DNA of 64,000 bases from Vampirovibrionales bacterium (GCA_035285025.1 JAYKHY010000039.1:21018-85017), one strand, 5' to 3'. Counted from the first letter of the stretch, positions 1 to 10,347 are shown. The notes: generated by a model from the letters alone, not told the origin. Numbers and translations: made by a program.

Positions 1-1020
1 AATTTTCTGGAAAGCACCGTGATGCTAGGCTGGCTGGTGCCGTTTTTACAGAACACCATTGGCGCCGTCATCTCGCAGGATAGCTTGGTGTATCAAATTC
101 TGGCCGGAGAATTCGGCGTAGTTACACTAAGTTTCCAGTACATTGTGGGCGTCCTGTTTCCGCTGGTTTTAGGGTTTTACGCATATTTATCCATTCTGGA
201 AGATTGCGGCTATCTGCCCCGCCTGGCGGTTTTGATGGATGGCTTGCTGAGCCGCGTTGGGCTAAACGGGCGCGCGATTATCCCGATGATTTTGGGGTTG
301 GGCTGCGTCACCATGGCAACCGTATCTACACGAATGCTTAACAGCAGCCGCGAGCGAACGATTGCCGCCGCATTGCTTGCCATAACGATTCCGTGTTCGG
401 CGCAATTGGGCGTGATTATGGGCCTGATGGCCGTTGCAGGCGGCTTAAGAGGCTGGCTATTATTCTTGGGCGTTTTGGCTGGCGTTTTTGGCCTAATGGG
501 CACAGTACTTAACCTGATTTTACCGGGGCAATCCAGCGCAATGATTATGGACTTGCCCCCTATTCGGCTGCCAAAACTTAAAAATGTGGCGCAAAAAACC
601 TGGATTCGGACGAAGGGCTTTGTGCTAGAGGCTGCACCAATATTCGCGATTGGGTCGCTTGCGGTAAGCCTGTTGCACGCCACCGGCGGGCTTGCACTAG
701 CGCAAAAATGGCTCGAGCCCGTGACCATGGGCATGCTCAAACTCCCAGCAGAAACTGCTCAGGTGTTTGTAATGGGCATGGTTCGGCGGGATTTTGGCGT
801 AGCAGGGCTTTATGCCCTCTCTAAACAAATGAGCGCGCTCCAGGTGCTGACCTGCCTGATTACGATTACCCTTTTTGTGCCGTGTTTGGCCTCCGCCGCT
901 GTTCTCTGGAAGGAGCGCGGCCGCCTTGAGGCTGCAGCGATTCTTGCGGGCTCTTGGGCCGGTGCGTTTTTAGTCGGCGCCTTGGTCGCACACTTGGGCG
1001 CGCTGTTGAGCCTGATTTAA
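1..1020 (+). CDS. feoB: Ferrous iron transporter FeoB, C-terminal membrane part. The 5' end of the gene lies upstream of the window.
   Basis: The ORF runs from base 1 to 1020. The translation matches the FeoB gate-domain region, for example GRAIIPMILGLGCVTMATVSTRMLNSSRERTIAAALLAITIPCSAQLGV, which resembles FeoB GxAxIPLLSSFxCxxPxIMATRTxExxRDRLxTxLxxPxMSCSARLPV. Confidence 0.8.
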   Translation, partial: NFLESTVMLGWLVPFLQNTIGAVISQDSLVYQILAGEFGVVTLSFQYIVGVLFPLVLGFYAYLSILEDCGYLPRLAVLMDGLLSRVGLNGRAIIPMILGLGCVTMATVSTRMLNSSRERTIAAALLAITIPCSAQLGVIMGLMAVAGGLRGWLLFLGVLAGVFGLMGTVLNLILPGQSSAMIMDLPPIRLPKLKNVAQKTWIRTKGFVLEAAPIFAIGSLAVSLLHATGGLALAQKWLEPVTMGMLKLPAETAQVFVMGMVRRDFGVAGLYALSKQMSALQVLTCLITITLFVPCLASAAVLWKERGRLEAAAILAGSWAGAFLVGALVAHLGALLSLI

Positions 1021-1041
1021 TCGCTTTTTAAGCACTTAACG

Positions 1042-2247
1042 CTAAACAGGCTCCACGTAGCGGTATTCTTGCTGCTTGTAATTGCGCAGCACTGTTTCCT
1101 GCTCATTCTGAGAAAGCACGTATTGCGGCCCCACCGGAATTTTACCGCCGCCGCCAGGCGCATCAATCACAAACGTCGGTATGCAATAGCCGCTCAGGTG
1201 ACCGCGCAATTGCTCCATTAGTTTAATGCCGGTTTCCACGCGTGTTCTAAAGTGCCGCGTCCCCTGTACCGGGTCGCATTGATAAATATAATATGGCCGC
1301 ACGCGAAGATTAACTAACTTGCGCATCAGCGGCTTCATCACGTCGATCGTGTCGTTTACGCCATTCAGTAATACTGTTTGGCTAAACGTCATTACGCCTG
1401 CATCGGCAAGTTTGTTGCAGGCTTGTTCAACCTCGGGCGTAATTTCATCGGGGTGTAAAAAATGGATGCTTAAATACATGGGCGCGTATTTTTTGAGCAT
1501 CGCCACAAAGTCATCGGTAATGCGTTGCGGCATAACTACAGGAATTTTCGTGCCGATGCGCACTAGATCAATGCTAGGGATTTGCTTTAAGCGCGCGATG
1601 ATTTTCTCAAGTTTAGCATCCGACATTACCAACGGATCGCCGCCCGAAATCAGCACATCGTGAATTTCGGGGTGTTGTTCCAGGTAGTTATAGGCTGCCT
1701 CAAGGTCAACCTCGTGTTCACCGCTGCCCACCAAACGGCTTCGCGTACAGTAACGGCAATACACCGCACAGGTTTCGTTCACCAGTAGTAATACCCGATC
1801 CGGGTAACGGTGCACCAAGCCGGGCACCACCATGGCACCGTCTTCGCCGCAAGGGTCCACCAACTCTTCGGGCGAGGTCGTAAACTCCGAAAGCCGCGGA
1901 ATAATCGTTTTACGCAACGCGGCCGAAGCATTTGGGCCGCTGGCCAGTTGCATGTAGTAGGGCGTAACGGCAAACGGCAAATTTTTACCCGCCGCCTGGA
2001 ATGCTTTTTCTTCTTCGGGCGTTACCGTAACCCACTGCTTGAGCGCATCGAGCGTTTTAATGCGGTGCTTAAACTGGAACGTCCAATCCTGCCAATCCGG
2101 ATGCGCTGGCGTCAGCGGTCGACCATCCTGGGCAAGCGGCGTTAACGCTGGCTCAAATGCCTGAGCATTGTCGCACGCAGAAAGATGCGCTCTTTGCGGA
2201 GCGGTGCCAGGTAAAGTGGTGTTTCCCTGACAAGCCGACGTTGACAT
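1042..2247 (-). CDS. Lysine 2,3-aminomutase family radical SAM enzyme (KamA/EpmB-like)
   Basis: 401-aa ORF with radical-SAM Cys triad CAVYCRYC (CxxxCxxC) and KamA-family blocks (LLLVNETCAVYCRYCTRS, DVLISGGDPL, PYYIYQCDPVQG). Confidence 0.75.
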   Translation of the reverse strand: MSTSACQGNTTLPGTAPQRAHLSACDNAQAFEPALTPLAQDGRPLTPAHPDWQDWTFQFKHRIKTLDALKQWVTVTPEEEKAFQAAGKNLPFAVTPYYMQLASGPNASAALRKTIIPRLSEFTTSPEELVDPCGEDGAMVVPGLVHRYPDRVLLLVNETCAVYCRYCTRSRLVGSGEHEVDLEAAYNYLEQHPEIHDVLISGGDPLVMSDAKLEKIIARLKQIPSIDLVRIGTKIPVVMPQRITDDFVAMLKKYAPMYLSIHFLHPDEITPEVEQACNKLADAGVMTFSQTVLLNGVNDTIDVMKPLMRKLVNLRVRPYYIYQCDPVQGTRHFRTRVETGIKLMEQLRGHLSGYCIPTFVIDAPGGGGKIPVGPQYVLSQNEQETVLRNYKQQEYRYVEPV

Positions 2248-2385
2248 AAGCGTGCTCCAAATCTAATCACCCGGTAACTCGACTTAAGATTGTGATGAGT
2301 TTTAAGGTAAAAAGCAAGTTAAAGCTTTCTTAAGTCGGCCGATTTGAGCGCGAATAAATGAGTTAAGCCCTAAATCTGCTTTTGA

Positions 2386-3300
2386 TTAGGACGGCAAATT
2401 TAGTTTTTTGGCCAGCAACTTGCCAAAGGCAATGTGGCTTGCATGCCCAGCCTGCAGCGCCACAATATGCAACGGTAACTGCAACGGATTCACGTACTCG
2501 CCCATTACCAGGGTTAAATCGCCAATTAAATCGAGCATTTTATGCTTTATGGGCTCATCGTCCATGCGTAACGGGCGCGTATAGCCTCCGGCATCAGTCA
2601 GGCCCAGCGTGTTGTCTTCGGTAACGCCCAGTGCAAGCCCCATCGCCTGCATGGCGGGTAGCTCGCTCAGGTAGCCAAACGTGCCGGCACTGGCAATCGC
2701 CTCGGGCCCGTCTGACGCCGCATCCCAACGCGCGTATCGATTACATAAATCCGGGTGTTTAAAATTGACCGCGTACGTCAGCTGCAAAACTGGCTCAGCA
2801 GCGCTTGAACCGTCGGTTTGGGGCGGCAATGGCATAGCATAGAGCATGATGTCGTCGTTATGGCGGTAACTGCACGCCAACGTTTGCGCATCCAGCGCCA
2901 AAGTCAACGAACGTTCCGAAGCGTCCAAGCGCATTAAAGGCGGTATCCACCCTTGCGCGCTGCCATCTAAAAGCGGCAACTCGAATTTTTTTGTTCCGGC
3001 GGCCATTTTAATTTGTACGCAAACATCCAGCCGATTGGTTAGTGCGCAGGCAGCTAAAAAATGCTCAACAATCGAGAGCGTTACCCCACGCGCGGGATCG
3101 ATCAGCGTAACGCCCCGGCTGGCATCAGCCACTGCCGCAACGCTTGCGGGAATCACGGCCACAGGTAACGCATCAAACGACTCATAAAGTTCAAAAATGA
3201 TGCCTGTTTGATTGGCACGTGATTTTAAAACCACCTCGACAGGTTGGCCAGTAATCAGGCCATTACCAGCAGTGATCATTGCTTCAGATAAAACCGACAT
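2386..3300 (-). CDS. lpxC: UDP-3-O-acyl-N-acetylglucosamine deacetylase
   Basis: 304 aa. Contains the LpxC blocks SIVEHFLAA (cf. STVEHLNAA), PLLDGSAQ (cf. PIMDGSAAPF), KHKMLDLIGDL (cf. RHKMLDAIGDL) and QAGHASH (cf. KSGHALN). Confidence 0.75.
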   Translation of the reverse strand: MSVLSEAMITAGNGLITGQPVEVVLKSRANQTGIIFELYESFDALPVAVIPASVAAVADASRGVTLIDPARGVTLSIVEHFLAACALTNRLDVCVQIKMAAGTKKFELPLLDGSAQGWIPPLMRLDASERSLTLALDAQTLACSYRHNDDIMLYAMPLPPQTDGSSAAEPVLQLTYAVNFKHPDLCNRYARWDAASDGPEAIASAGTFGYLSELPAMQAMGLALGVTEDNTLGLTDAGGYTRPLRMDDEPIKHKMLDLIGDLTLVMGEYVNPLQLPLHIVALQAGHASHIAFGKLLAKKLNLPS

Positions 3301-3352
3301 ATATCAAACAAATCCTGAAGATTAAGCTTTTTTAAAACGACGTTTATTGCAT

Positions 3353-4495
3353 CTACTCCGGCTTACTCAGCGCTGCAAGCTGCTTTTTGAGCGTTTTAAT
3401 ATCGTCGGCCATGTCTTTCAGCTTATTCATGTAAACCATATTGGTCATCGCCTGGCGGCGCGGCATCGCCGGAATCCCTGCGACGATTTCGCGCGGCTCA
3501 ATGTTTCGCATCACGCCCGCTTTCGCCGTTACAATGGCATCGTCGCCAATGCTTAAATGGTCTGCAAGCCCCGCCTGGCCAGCAATCACAACCCGGTTCC
3601 CGATTTTACAGCTCCCGCTGATGCCCACCTGACTCACGATTAGGCAGTTTTCGCCAATCGTGTTGTTATGGCCAATCATCACCAGGTTATCGATTTTGGT
3701 TCCTCTGGCCACACGGGTTTCGCCCAGCGTGGCGCGGTCAATCGTCGCGCAAGAGCCGATTTCGACGTCGTCTTCAATCACTACCGTACCAATAGAATTA
3801 ATGCGCAATAGCGAGGTGTTCTGTGCGGTCGTCTGGTTGCCCACCGCGCCGCCTTCGCGTGCCGCCTCGATGCTACCCGCCTCGGGAGTCACAAAACTAA
3901 ACCCGTCGCCGCCCACGCAGGCGTTATAGTGCAGAATAACCCTGTTGCCAAGCTTAACGCGCTCACCAATACGCACGCCCGATTGTAAAACGCACTGCTC
4001 GCCCAGTTCAGCATCTGCGCCCACCGTCACGTTGGGCATCAGCACCGTACCGTCGCCGATACTGGCCCGCTCGCCCACAGTACAAAACGGCCCAATTACA
4101 GCCGTAGGGGCAACACGCGCCGAAGGCGCAACAACCGCCATTGGATGCACGCCCGCATTAGGCGCCTGAATCGGTAAATTAAACACCGAAAGCAACTCAG
4201 CCATCGCCAAACGCGGACGCGCAACAATGAGTGCGGCCTTTAAACTGGTCGCTTGGCTTAACATGGCGTTTAAGGCTTCTGGCGGCGCATCAGCACTAAT
4301 CGGCAAACCAGCTTCGGGCAAAATTGCGGCCTGCACCGGTGTTTGGCGCAACGCCTCGATAATCGCCAAATCCAGCACCATCACCAGATCATCGGGTTGG
4401 TTTGCATTACGAGGGTGTACCATGCGCGCCACTTCAACCGTGCCATCGCCCACCAGCTTTGCGCCCAGCTTTTCGGCCAGCGCCTGCATCGTCAT
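3353..4495 (-). CDS. lpxD: UDP-3-O-(3-hydroxyacyl)glucosamine N-acyltransferase
   Basis: The stop-to-stop ORF runs to 4672, but an LpxD-like N-terminus [18 protein letters not shown] begins about codon 60, hence the start near 4495. Extensive left-handed beta-helix hexapeptide repeats follow ([42 protein letters not shown]...). Confidence 0.8.
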   Translation of the reverse strand: MTMQALAEKLGAKLVGDGTVEVARMVHPRNANQPDDLVMVLDLAIIEALRQTPVQAAILPEAGLPISADAPPEALNAMLSQATSLKAALIVARPRLAMAELLSVFNLPIQAPNAGVHPMAVVAPSARVAPTAVIGPFCTVGERASIGDGTVLMPNVTVGADAELGEQCVLQSGVRIGERVKLGNRVILHYNACVGGDGFSFVTPEAGSIEAAREGGAVGNQTTAQNTSLLRINSIGTVVIEDDVEIGSCATIDRATLGETRVARGTKIDNLVMIGHNNTIGENCLIVSQVGISGSCKIGNRVVIAGQAGLADHLSIGDDAIVTAKAGVMRNIEPREIVAGIPAMPRRQAMTNMVYMNKLKDMADDIKTLKKQLAALSKPE

Positions 4496-4810
4496 TACAG
4501 GCGGCTTAGAATCTTTGTTGGCGTTAACCAATGGGTTTAACAGGGCATCGCACGCTTGAGACGATGACTTAAGAATGGCGGTTGGCACGATAAAACCCTC
4601 TTGCAAAAAATAAGCTTTAAAACAGCAAAGCATACGCCACTTGCGCAAAGCAGGTCTATTATACCCAGACACCCCGTCAAATCCAAGGTTTAAGCCCGCG
4701 CAGCAATTAAAATTGCTTGTAGTGGGTCAGTCGACTCAAGAAGAAAGAAATGAAAAAAGCGCTAGCTAGGTAGACAGCAGTCCTGCGTGTAAGCAATCAA
4801 TCTTGCCAAA

Positions 4811-5401
4811 CTAATCTACATAATACGGGTTGGCATGATTAATCCATAGCGCCGAAGTGCCATAGGCGCGTACCTCGGCCCCGGGCAAAAAACACGGCGT
4901 TTTCGAATCCTGCTCAATAACTATTGTTGCCTGCCGGCTCACCCAGGGCGAGCAGAACAACGCCGACAGAAATTCGGGGGTGAGCGCAAGCGCATACGGG
5001 GGGTCCATAAAGACCAGATTAAAAGGCTGTATTTCTCCAGATTGAACAACGCTTTCAGGCGAACGGGTCAGCAAAGCCTCGACCCGAGCGGGCAGCAGTT
5101 GCCATTGCGAGGATTCTAGCCCCAGCGTGCTGGCGTTTTTTTTTAAAAGCTTTTGCGCAACCGGCGCAGATTCTACAGCAAGCGCGGTGCTTGCGCCCCG
5201 GCTTAACGCCTCAAAGCCCAGTAAGCCGCAGCCCGCGTATAAATCCAGCACGCGCGCATATTTTACGGCAGGCCCTAAAATCGAGAACATCGCCTCGCGC
5301 ACCCGTGCTGTTGTTGGCCGAAACCCAGGCATTTCGGCTTCGGAAGCGCCGAACCCGGATAATTTACGACCAAGATAGCAACCACCGGAAATCGACAACA
5401 T
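4811..5401 (-). CDS. rsmD: 16S rRNA (guanine966-N2)-methyltransferase RsmD family
   Basis: 196 aa, RsmD-like N6-adenine/N2-guanine MTase motif DPPY (FMDPPY) and SAM-binding LDLYAGCGLLGFEALSRGA. Confidence 0.75.
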   Translation of the reverse strand: MLSISGGCYLGRKLSGFGASEAEMPGFRPTTARVREAMFSILGPAVKYARVLDLYAGCGLLGFEALSRGASTALAVESAPVAQKLLKKNASTLGLESSQWQLLPARVEALLTRSPESVVQSGEIQPFNLVFMDPPYALALTPEFLSALFCSPWVSRQATIVIEQDSKTPCFLPGAEVRAYGTSALWINHANPYYVD

Positions 5402-5761
5402 GAGAGACCCTAATTAAAAACTCATCTGAATAATCGAAGCTTGAGGCAAACACTAGCGCATTTCTGAGCATTTTCCTAGAATGAACTTGTGTGGCGCATC
5501 GTGTATCAAGTCGCTTAAGTTATCGATAAAGTTAAATCCCAGCCTAGTTCTCATTTGTATCATCTGTGTATTTTTGCCCCTCAGTGCCAATCCGGTACTC
5601 CTGTTAAGCGGCGGCGAGAACGTCTTTAATTGTTCAGCCTTGCCTATAACAAGTAGGATATTATGACCTACAAAATACAGTCAGGGTATGTGTTTTCCTA
5701 ACCAAAAGCGCAAGATTAACATTTTTAATAAATAGTATAGTGCTGTCTAGGGTTAAACCGC

Positions 5762-6319
5762 TTGAACGTTCTGTGGACCTCTGCATTTACGGCTATCTTG
5801 GCCCTGGCCTTGTTGGCCTCCGGCTGCGGCGGCCCAAGGCTCGAAAACGGCTACCGCCCAGATGAAACCGCTCAGCTTGAGTTGCTGCTAACGCAAATGC
5901 TGATGAAAGAGCAAGCACAAGACTGGATTGATCTTTACCGAGACCACGCCAGTAACAGCATGCAGCAGCACACCCCCGAGCGCGTTTTTTTGCAGCACGC
6001 GCAATGCTTGACCCAATCCTTCGGTAAGCTAACCCGCCTGCCTAGCCCGTTGCCCACATTTAGTCGCTCCGGGCATCCCACGCTTGGCACCACCGAAACC
6101 GCCAGCACCCTTTTGCATTACGAACGTGGCGAAGTTCTGGCTAAATACGTGTTAATTCCCGCCGGAGACACGTTTAAACTCTGGCAGCTTAACTGGCAGC
6201 CGCGGCTTGTGACTTTACCGCAGAGCAAAACCTTTAAAACCTGCATTGCAAAAACCTCTCGCGAGGCGTTTAACCCTCTGGCGCAACCCGAGACGCAGGC
6301 ATTACCCACGGCACAATAA
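5762..6319 (+). CDS. Hypothetical lipoprotein
   Basis: 185-aa ORF with an N-terminal signal peptide that ends in the lipobox LLASGC. There are no recognisable catalytic motifs. The start codon is uncertain; the track's first start is TTG. Confidence 0.45.
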   Translation: MNVLWTSAFTAILALALLASGCGGPRLENGYRPDETAQLELLLTQMLMKEQAQDWIDLYRDHASNSMQQHTPERVFLQHAQCLTQSFGKLTRLPSPLPTFSRSGHPTLGTTETASTLLHYERGEVLAKYVLIPAGDTFKLWQLNWQPRLVTLPQSKTFKTCIAKTSREAFNPLAQPETQALPTAQ

Positions 6320-6601
6320 CCAAATAACGCACTGCAATTACGTTTATAAACCAACGCCCCAGGCGCCCGCTAAAAAAGGCTTTTAGTCGCCCATAACGGC
6401 CTTAGATCGTTTAAATATTCGCATCAGGTCATTATAAAAATCCGTATTTCAAATATCGGCGCTAGCAATCAAGGGGTTTAAGCCCTATAATTACGCCATT
6501 ATGTCTAAGATTCAGGCTTAACGCGTCTTTTCTTTAAAACGTTTAAACTCATCACTTAAAATCAATATTCTGAGCAGAGGCTATACAGGGTAGAACTTAA
6601 T

Positions 6602-7735
6602 ATGAATAACCGGAAGCATCGCGCCGCATGGGGCCGCCAGCTCAATCAGATTCTGGCGCTCAGTATTTTGGCCTTTTGTGCACTCTCGTTGGGTGTGGGT
6701 GTGTTTAATACCTTTAAAACCCCCGCTAAAAACGTGCCAACCGCACCCGCAGAACTTACAGACGATGCGCCGTTAAGTGCGTTAAAAAGCAAGGTGCTTC
6801 AGCGCAGCCACCTGGTCATGGTGCCCATTCGCGGCATGATTACCAGCGGCGAAGGCGACTCGGGCGTCTTTGGATCCTCGGACAGTATGGCCATTGAAGC
6901 ACGTAACGCCCTGCAAAGCGCGCTAGAAACCGATTCCGTAAAAGGCGTGTTGCTCTGGATTGATTCGCCGGGCGGCACTGTGGGTATTAGCCAAGAGCTT
7001 TACCACACGATTTTAAAAGTTTCCAAGAAAAAGCCCGTTGTGGCTTATCTGGGCGATATTGCAGCCAGCGGCGGTTATTACGCTGCTAGCGCCGCAGACG
7101 AAATTTACGCCACACCAGGCACCCTCACTGGCTCGATTGGCGTGATTATCAGCTCGATGAATCTAAGCGGCTTACTTAATAACAAACTGGGCATTAAACC
7201 CGTTGTGATTAAAAGCGGTAAGTTTAAAGATATTCTCTCGGCGACTCGCGACGCGACCCCTGCCGAAATTGCTTTGCTGCAGGATATTATCGACACCAGC
7301 TATCAGCAATTTTTAGGCGCCGTGCTTCACGGGCGCACAAGACTGATGAAAGATGCAGATAAAATCGCGGCCCGCAAGGCCAGCATTACCGAGGTGGCCG
7401 ATGGCCGCATTGTAATTGGCGAAAAAGCTAAAGCGCTGGGGCTGGTAGATGAAATCGGCTATTACGAAGACGCTAAAGCACGCCTGAATAAGCTCGCCAT
7501 TGAACGCTTTAATTTGCGCAACAATGCCGTGTTACCGCTTGAGGGCGAATCTGAATCGTTCCCCTGGAGCGACCTGTTTAGCATGGCAGCACAACCCGGT
7601 GAGTTTAAAGCCCGTTTTAACCAGCTCCCGTTTGCCTTAAAACAACTGATGATGCCTGAGGCAAACTTAAACCATGGCATGCAAGCGCCGCTTTCGGCGC
7701 AATATCCCAATCAACCGCTGTGGGTGTGGGAGTAA
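6602..7735 (+). CDS. sppA: Signal peptide peptidase SppA (36K type, ClpP/crotonase fold)
   Basis: 377 aa. N-terminal TM segment, then S49 peptidase blocks: GVLLWIDSPGGTVGISQELY, AYLGDIAASGGYYAASAADEIYATPGTLTGSIGV. Confidence 0.8.
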   Translation: MNNRKHRAAWGRQLNQILALSILAFCALSLGVGVFNTFKTPAKNVPTAPAELTDDAPLSALKSKVLQRSHLVMVPIRGMITSGEGDSGVFGSSDSMAIEARNALQSALETDSVKGVLLWIDSPGGTVGISQELYHTILKVSKKKPVVAYLGDIAASGGYYAASAADEIYATPGTLTGSIGVIISSMNLSGLLNNKLGIKPVVIKSGKFKDILSATRDATPAEIALLQDIIDTSYQQFLGAVLHGRTRLMKDADKIAARKASITEVADGRIVIGEKAKALGLVDEIGYYEDAKARLNKLAIERFNLRNNAVLPLEGESESFPWSDLFSMAAQPGEFKARFNQLPFALKQLMMPEANLNHGMQAPLSAQYPNQPLWVWE

Positions 7736-7742
7736 AACCAAT

Positions 7743-8420
7743 ATGAGCGCAAGCACCCAATCTTCGCCCAACTACGGACGGCCTGACCTGGATTTTTTAA
7801 CGCTGTTTTACGGCACCCTGTTTAAACCCATTGAGACGTTCAAAAACGTTGCCGCGTTAACCCAAGACCCGCGTTACGATCAAACAATTAGCTGGTTGCT
7901 GGTGGGTGCGGCGGCATTGGTGGCTGCGGTATCTATCACCTCGCCGCTGGCCGACGTGATGGCCCAGAGCAGCAAGTTAGGCGCAATGGGTAATCCATTG
8001 TTCCAAATGCCTATTGCAGCAATTATTGGCCTGGTTAACTGGGCTGCGCTTGCAGGCGTGTTTGCCTTAATGGCCTACGGCTTTACCGGCCACGCGCGCT
8101 ACAGAATCTTTCTAGTTTTAAGTGGCTTTGCCTTACTTCCGTTTTTGCTCCAGGCTCCCATTGCCCTGCTCTTTCAGGGGCATATTTCTGGCGAAGGCCT
8201 AGGGTTCAATCTGGCGCTGGCGGGCAGCATTATTGGGCTGGTTGCCATGTTTATCGTCTGGCTTTGGAGCGGTATACTATTTATGCTCGCGCTGGGCACA
8301 GCATACAACATGAGCTTTGAACGCACCCTGATTGCGATTTTAACGCCAAACCTTCTGCTGGTTTTAGGCGCTACCGGCTTGATTGCGTTTTTTATGCAGT
8401 TAGCCAGGCTTGTCTCGTAA
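7743..8420 (+). CDS. Yip1-like multi-pass membrane protein (hypothetical)
   Basis: ATG at 7743 (MSASTQSS...) lies inside a longer stop-to-stop ORF that overlaps the sppA 3' end. A soluble N-terminal segment is followed by about five hydrophobic helices. The assignment rests on topology alone. Confidence 0.4.
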   Translation: MSASTQSSPNYGRPDLDFLTLFYGTLFKPIETFKNVAALTQDPRYDQTISWLLVGAAALVAAVSITSPLADVMAQSSKLGAMGNPLFQMPIAAIIGLVNWAALAGVFALMAYGFTGHARYRIFLVLSGFALLPFLLQAPIALLFQGHISGEGLGFNLALAGSIIGLVAMFIVWLWSGILFMLALGTAYNMSFERTLIAILTPNLLLVLGATGLIAFFMQLARLVS

Positions 8421-8903
8421 GCCATTCACCAAACAAGCTGCTTCAAGGCGCAAGTCCGTTTTGATTTTTTGGCGTGATGCCCAAAATGGTCAGGACGGAC
8501 TCTGAAAGGCTTGTTCTGCCAAACGCCAATTTTTACGATTGGGCGCTATAGATCCTCAGATCCTTAAGTCTGAAGATACTCAAGTCTGACTGGCGCTTAA
8601 GCTTCTTGCAGCAGAAGCTCCAGTTACTCTGAAGCAGTTTAAACGTAAACGCTTACAAATAAGCGAACGTGTTAAGCTAAAAAATTCAAGCGGCTGCCCC
8701 TATCTGGCGTACTGCCGGGCCCAAACACCCTTAAGCTACCTTCAGCAAAGTCTCCAGCGCCACTTGCGCCAAAAGTGCTAAAACTGGCCTGCGTATTTTT
8801 TTTCATCACCTGTTTCAACCCAGAAAACTGGGCGCTGGTGGCCATCATCATGCCTGCAAGTGCTGCCAAATCAAGGCCTTCCAATCTAAACTATTTTTAG
8901 GCA

Positions 8904-8921
8904 AACCCGTTAGGGTTTTTT
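8904..8921 (+). terminator. Rho-independent terminator-like hairpin (AAACCC-GTTA-GGGTTT followed by a T-run), with no annotated gene upstream
   Basis: Perfect 6-bp GC-containing stem, a 4-nt loop and a T-run (6 T) read directly from the sequence. The nearest plus-strand gene ends 480 bp upstream. Confidence 0.4.
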
Positions 8922-9026
8922 AAATTAAAAATATACTCAGTCAACTATATAACTACAGGCTACTTTCAGCAAGTACCAAAGCAGCCTGTAGACATTTTTA
9001 TTAACTGATTCTGTACCGACTATCGG

Positions 9027-9446
9027 TTAGCCAACACGAACCGAAATCACGGGGCGACGATTATACCAGCCACCATTATTGTAATAGTAGTTGTTTTGCT
9101 GGTTCACGCGTCCGCGATGGCCATTATGCCAGCCGTTGTTCCAATCATTATCCCAGCGGCCGTTGTTCCAGCCATCATTATTCCAGCCGCCGTTATACTG
9201 CGGTGGCGGGAACCCTGGGCCCGGCTGCCAATAACCCACACGCGGCGGGTAATAAAAATTATTTTGCTGACGCCGACACGGACGGTGGCTGAGTAACACC
9301 GAGCTTGAATCTAAAGTTTGTTGAGCCTCGGCAACTTGCGCCCCTTGCTTATACTGCGCAACAGACCCAAACGCAAAACTGGCTACCGCTGCGGTCGCTA
9401 ACAGCGCCATCGCAAATACAGTTGGGCGTATTAGTTTTTTTAACAC
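9027..9446 (-). CDS. Secreted low-complexity protein rich in Asn/Gly/Trp/Tyr (hypothetical)
   Basis: A GTG start at 9446 is preceded by AGGAGG 5 nt upstream. It gives the signal peptide MLKKLIRPTVFAMALLATAAVASFAFGSVAQ. The mature part is dominated by repeats such as GGWNNDGWNNGRWDNDWNNGWHNGH and NNYYYNNGGWYN. Confidence 0.5.
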   Translation of the reverse strand: MLKKLIRPTVFAMALLATAAVASFAFGSVAQYKQGAQVAEAQQTLDSSSVLLSHRPCRRQQNNFYYPPRVGYWQPGPGFPPPQYNGGWNNDGWNNGRWDNDWNNGWHNGHRGRVNQQNNYYYNNGGWYNRRPVISVRVG

Positions 9447-9556
9447 TTTAGCCTCCTGAGTCAGATGATAAAACAGAACGAACACAGTTTTAGTTTCCGG
9501 TTGATTTAACACTTAAACGCGATGGGCCAGCCAGAGACTGGCCCGCATGCCACGCA

Positions 9557-10066
9557 TTAACCTTGCAAATGGGCCTCTAACAGCCACAGCTGTTTATCTA
9601 AATCACGCGAGACGCCAGTAAATAAGTCAGCCGTGTCTTTATCATTTTGTTGCTCTGCGGCATCAATCTTGGCCCGAATCAGTTTAGCGGCCTCGGCGTA
9701 GCGTTCTGCAAGCACGGTTACAACTTCTGGCCCCGTAAACACATCCACCGGAAACTCCGGTAACGTCGAATGCTCAGACGCCATCCGAACTGTACCCAGC
9801 GCGGTGCCACCTAACGCCGTTGCCCGCTCGGCAATCGCATCAATGTGGGCTGTTAGATCAGCAGCAAACGTATCAAATAGCTCGTGTAGGGCTATAAAAT
9901 TGGGGCCTTTAACGTTCCAATGAGAAAATTTCACCTGAGACACCAGATCCGTCATTAATGCGAGTGCTATATTAAGCTCGCCAATTAAAACCTGGCGCTC
10001 AGCTTTAGAAATATCGATGCGGGTGGCGTGTAACGCGGGTAAATTTGCTTGTAATGTAGCAGGCAT
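9557..10066 (-). CDS. dps: DNA-binding ferritin-like protein Dps
   Basis: 169 aa. Dps family blocks: KFSHWNVKGPNFIALHELFD, AIAERATALGGTALGT, the ferroxidase-centre H/D/E pattern and the C-terminal LWLLEAHL. Confidence 0.85.
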   Translation of the reverse strand: MPATLQANLPALHATRIDISKAERQVLIGELNIALALMTDLVSQVKFSHWNVKGPNFIALHELFDTFAADLTAHIDAIAERATALGGTALGTVRMASEHSTLPEFPVDVFTGPEVVTVLAERYAEAAKLIRAKIDAAEQQNDKDTADLFTGVSRDLDKQLWLLEAHLQG

Positions 10067-10347
10067 GGGGGGTTAGAGTCCTATACAGCCCAGGAATAAA
10101 AAGAATCAACTTGCCGAGCATTTAAAGCAAAGCGCTTTAATGTCGATATCGAACTATAGAATGTAATGCCAGAATCGCTAAATTTAAGTGCAAACCTGGC
10201 CAGCCATTAATGAGATTTGTAAGCTACGCAACCCGAACGATTGCTTTTGATGGTTTGTATGACGCGCTCCCAACGCATCGGTTCCCGTTTATTACGCTTT
10301 TTTTTGCGATTTACCCGAGTAATTTTGGTAAAAAAACAAAAAAAATG

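Noticed and set aside
1319-2145. Three overlapping ORFs (1319-1663+, 1779-1973-, 1810-2145+) inside the kamA-like gene
   Set aside because: They are antisense or alternate-frame ORFs inside a gene with strong radical-SAM homology, and have no motifs. This is a typical artefact of high GC.
8672-8884. 70-aa minus-strand ORF (MEGLDLAALAGMMMATSAQ...) in the 600-bp intergenic interval
   Set aside because: The first start is TTG and no RBS precedes it or the internal ATG triplet. The sequence is low-complexity and Ala/Gly/Ser-rich, typical of GC-rich noise. The region is kept only as a possible sRNA interval.
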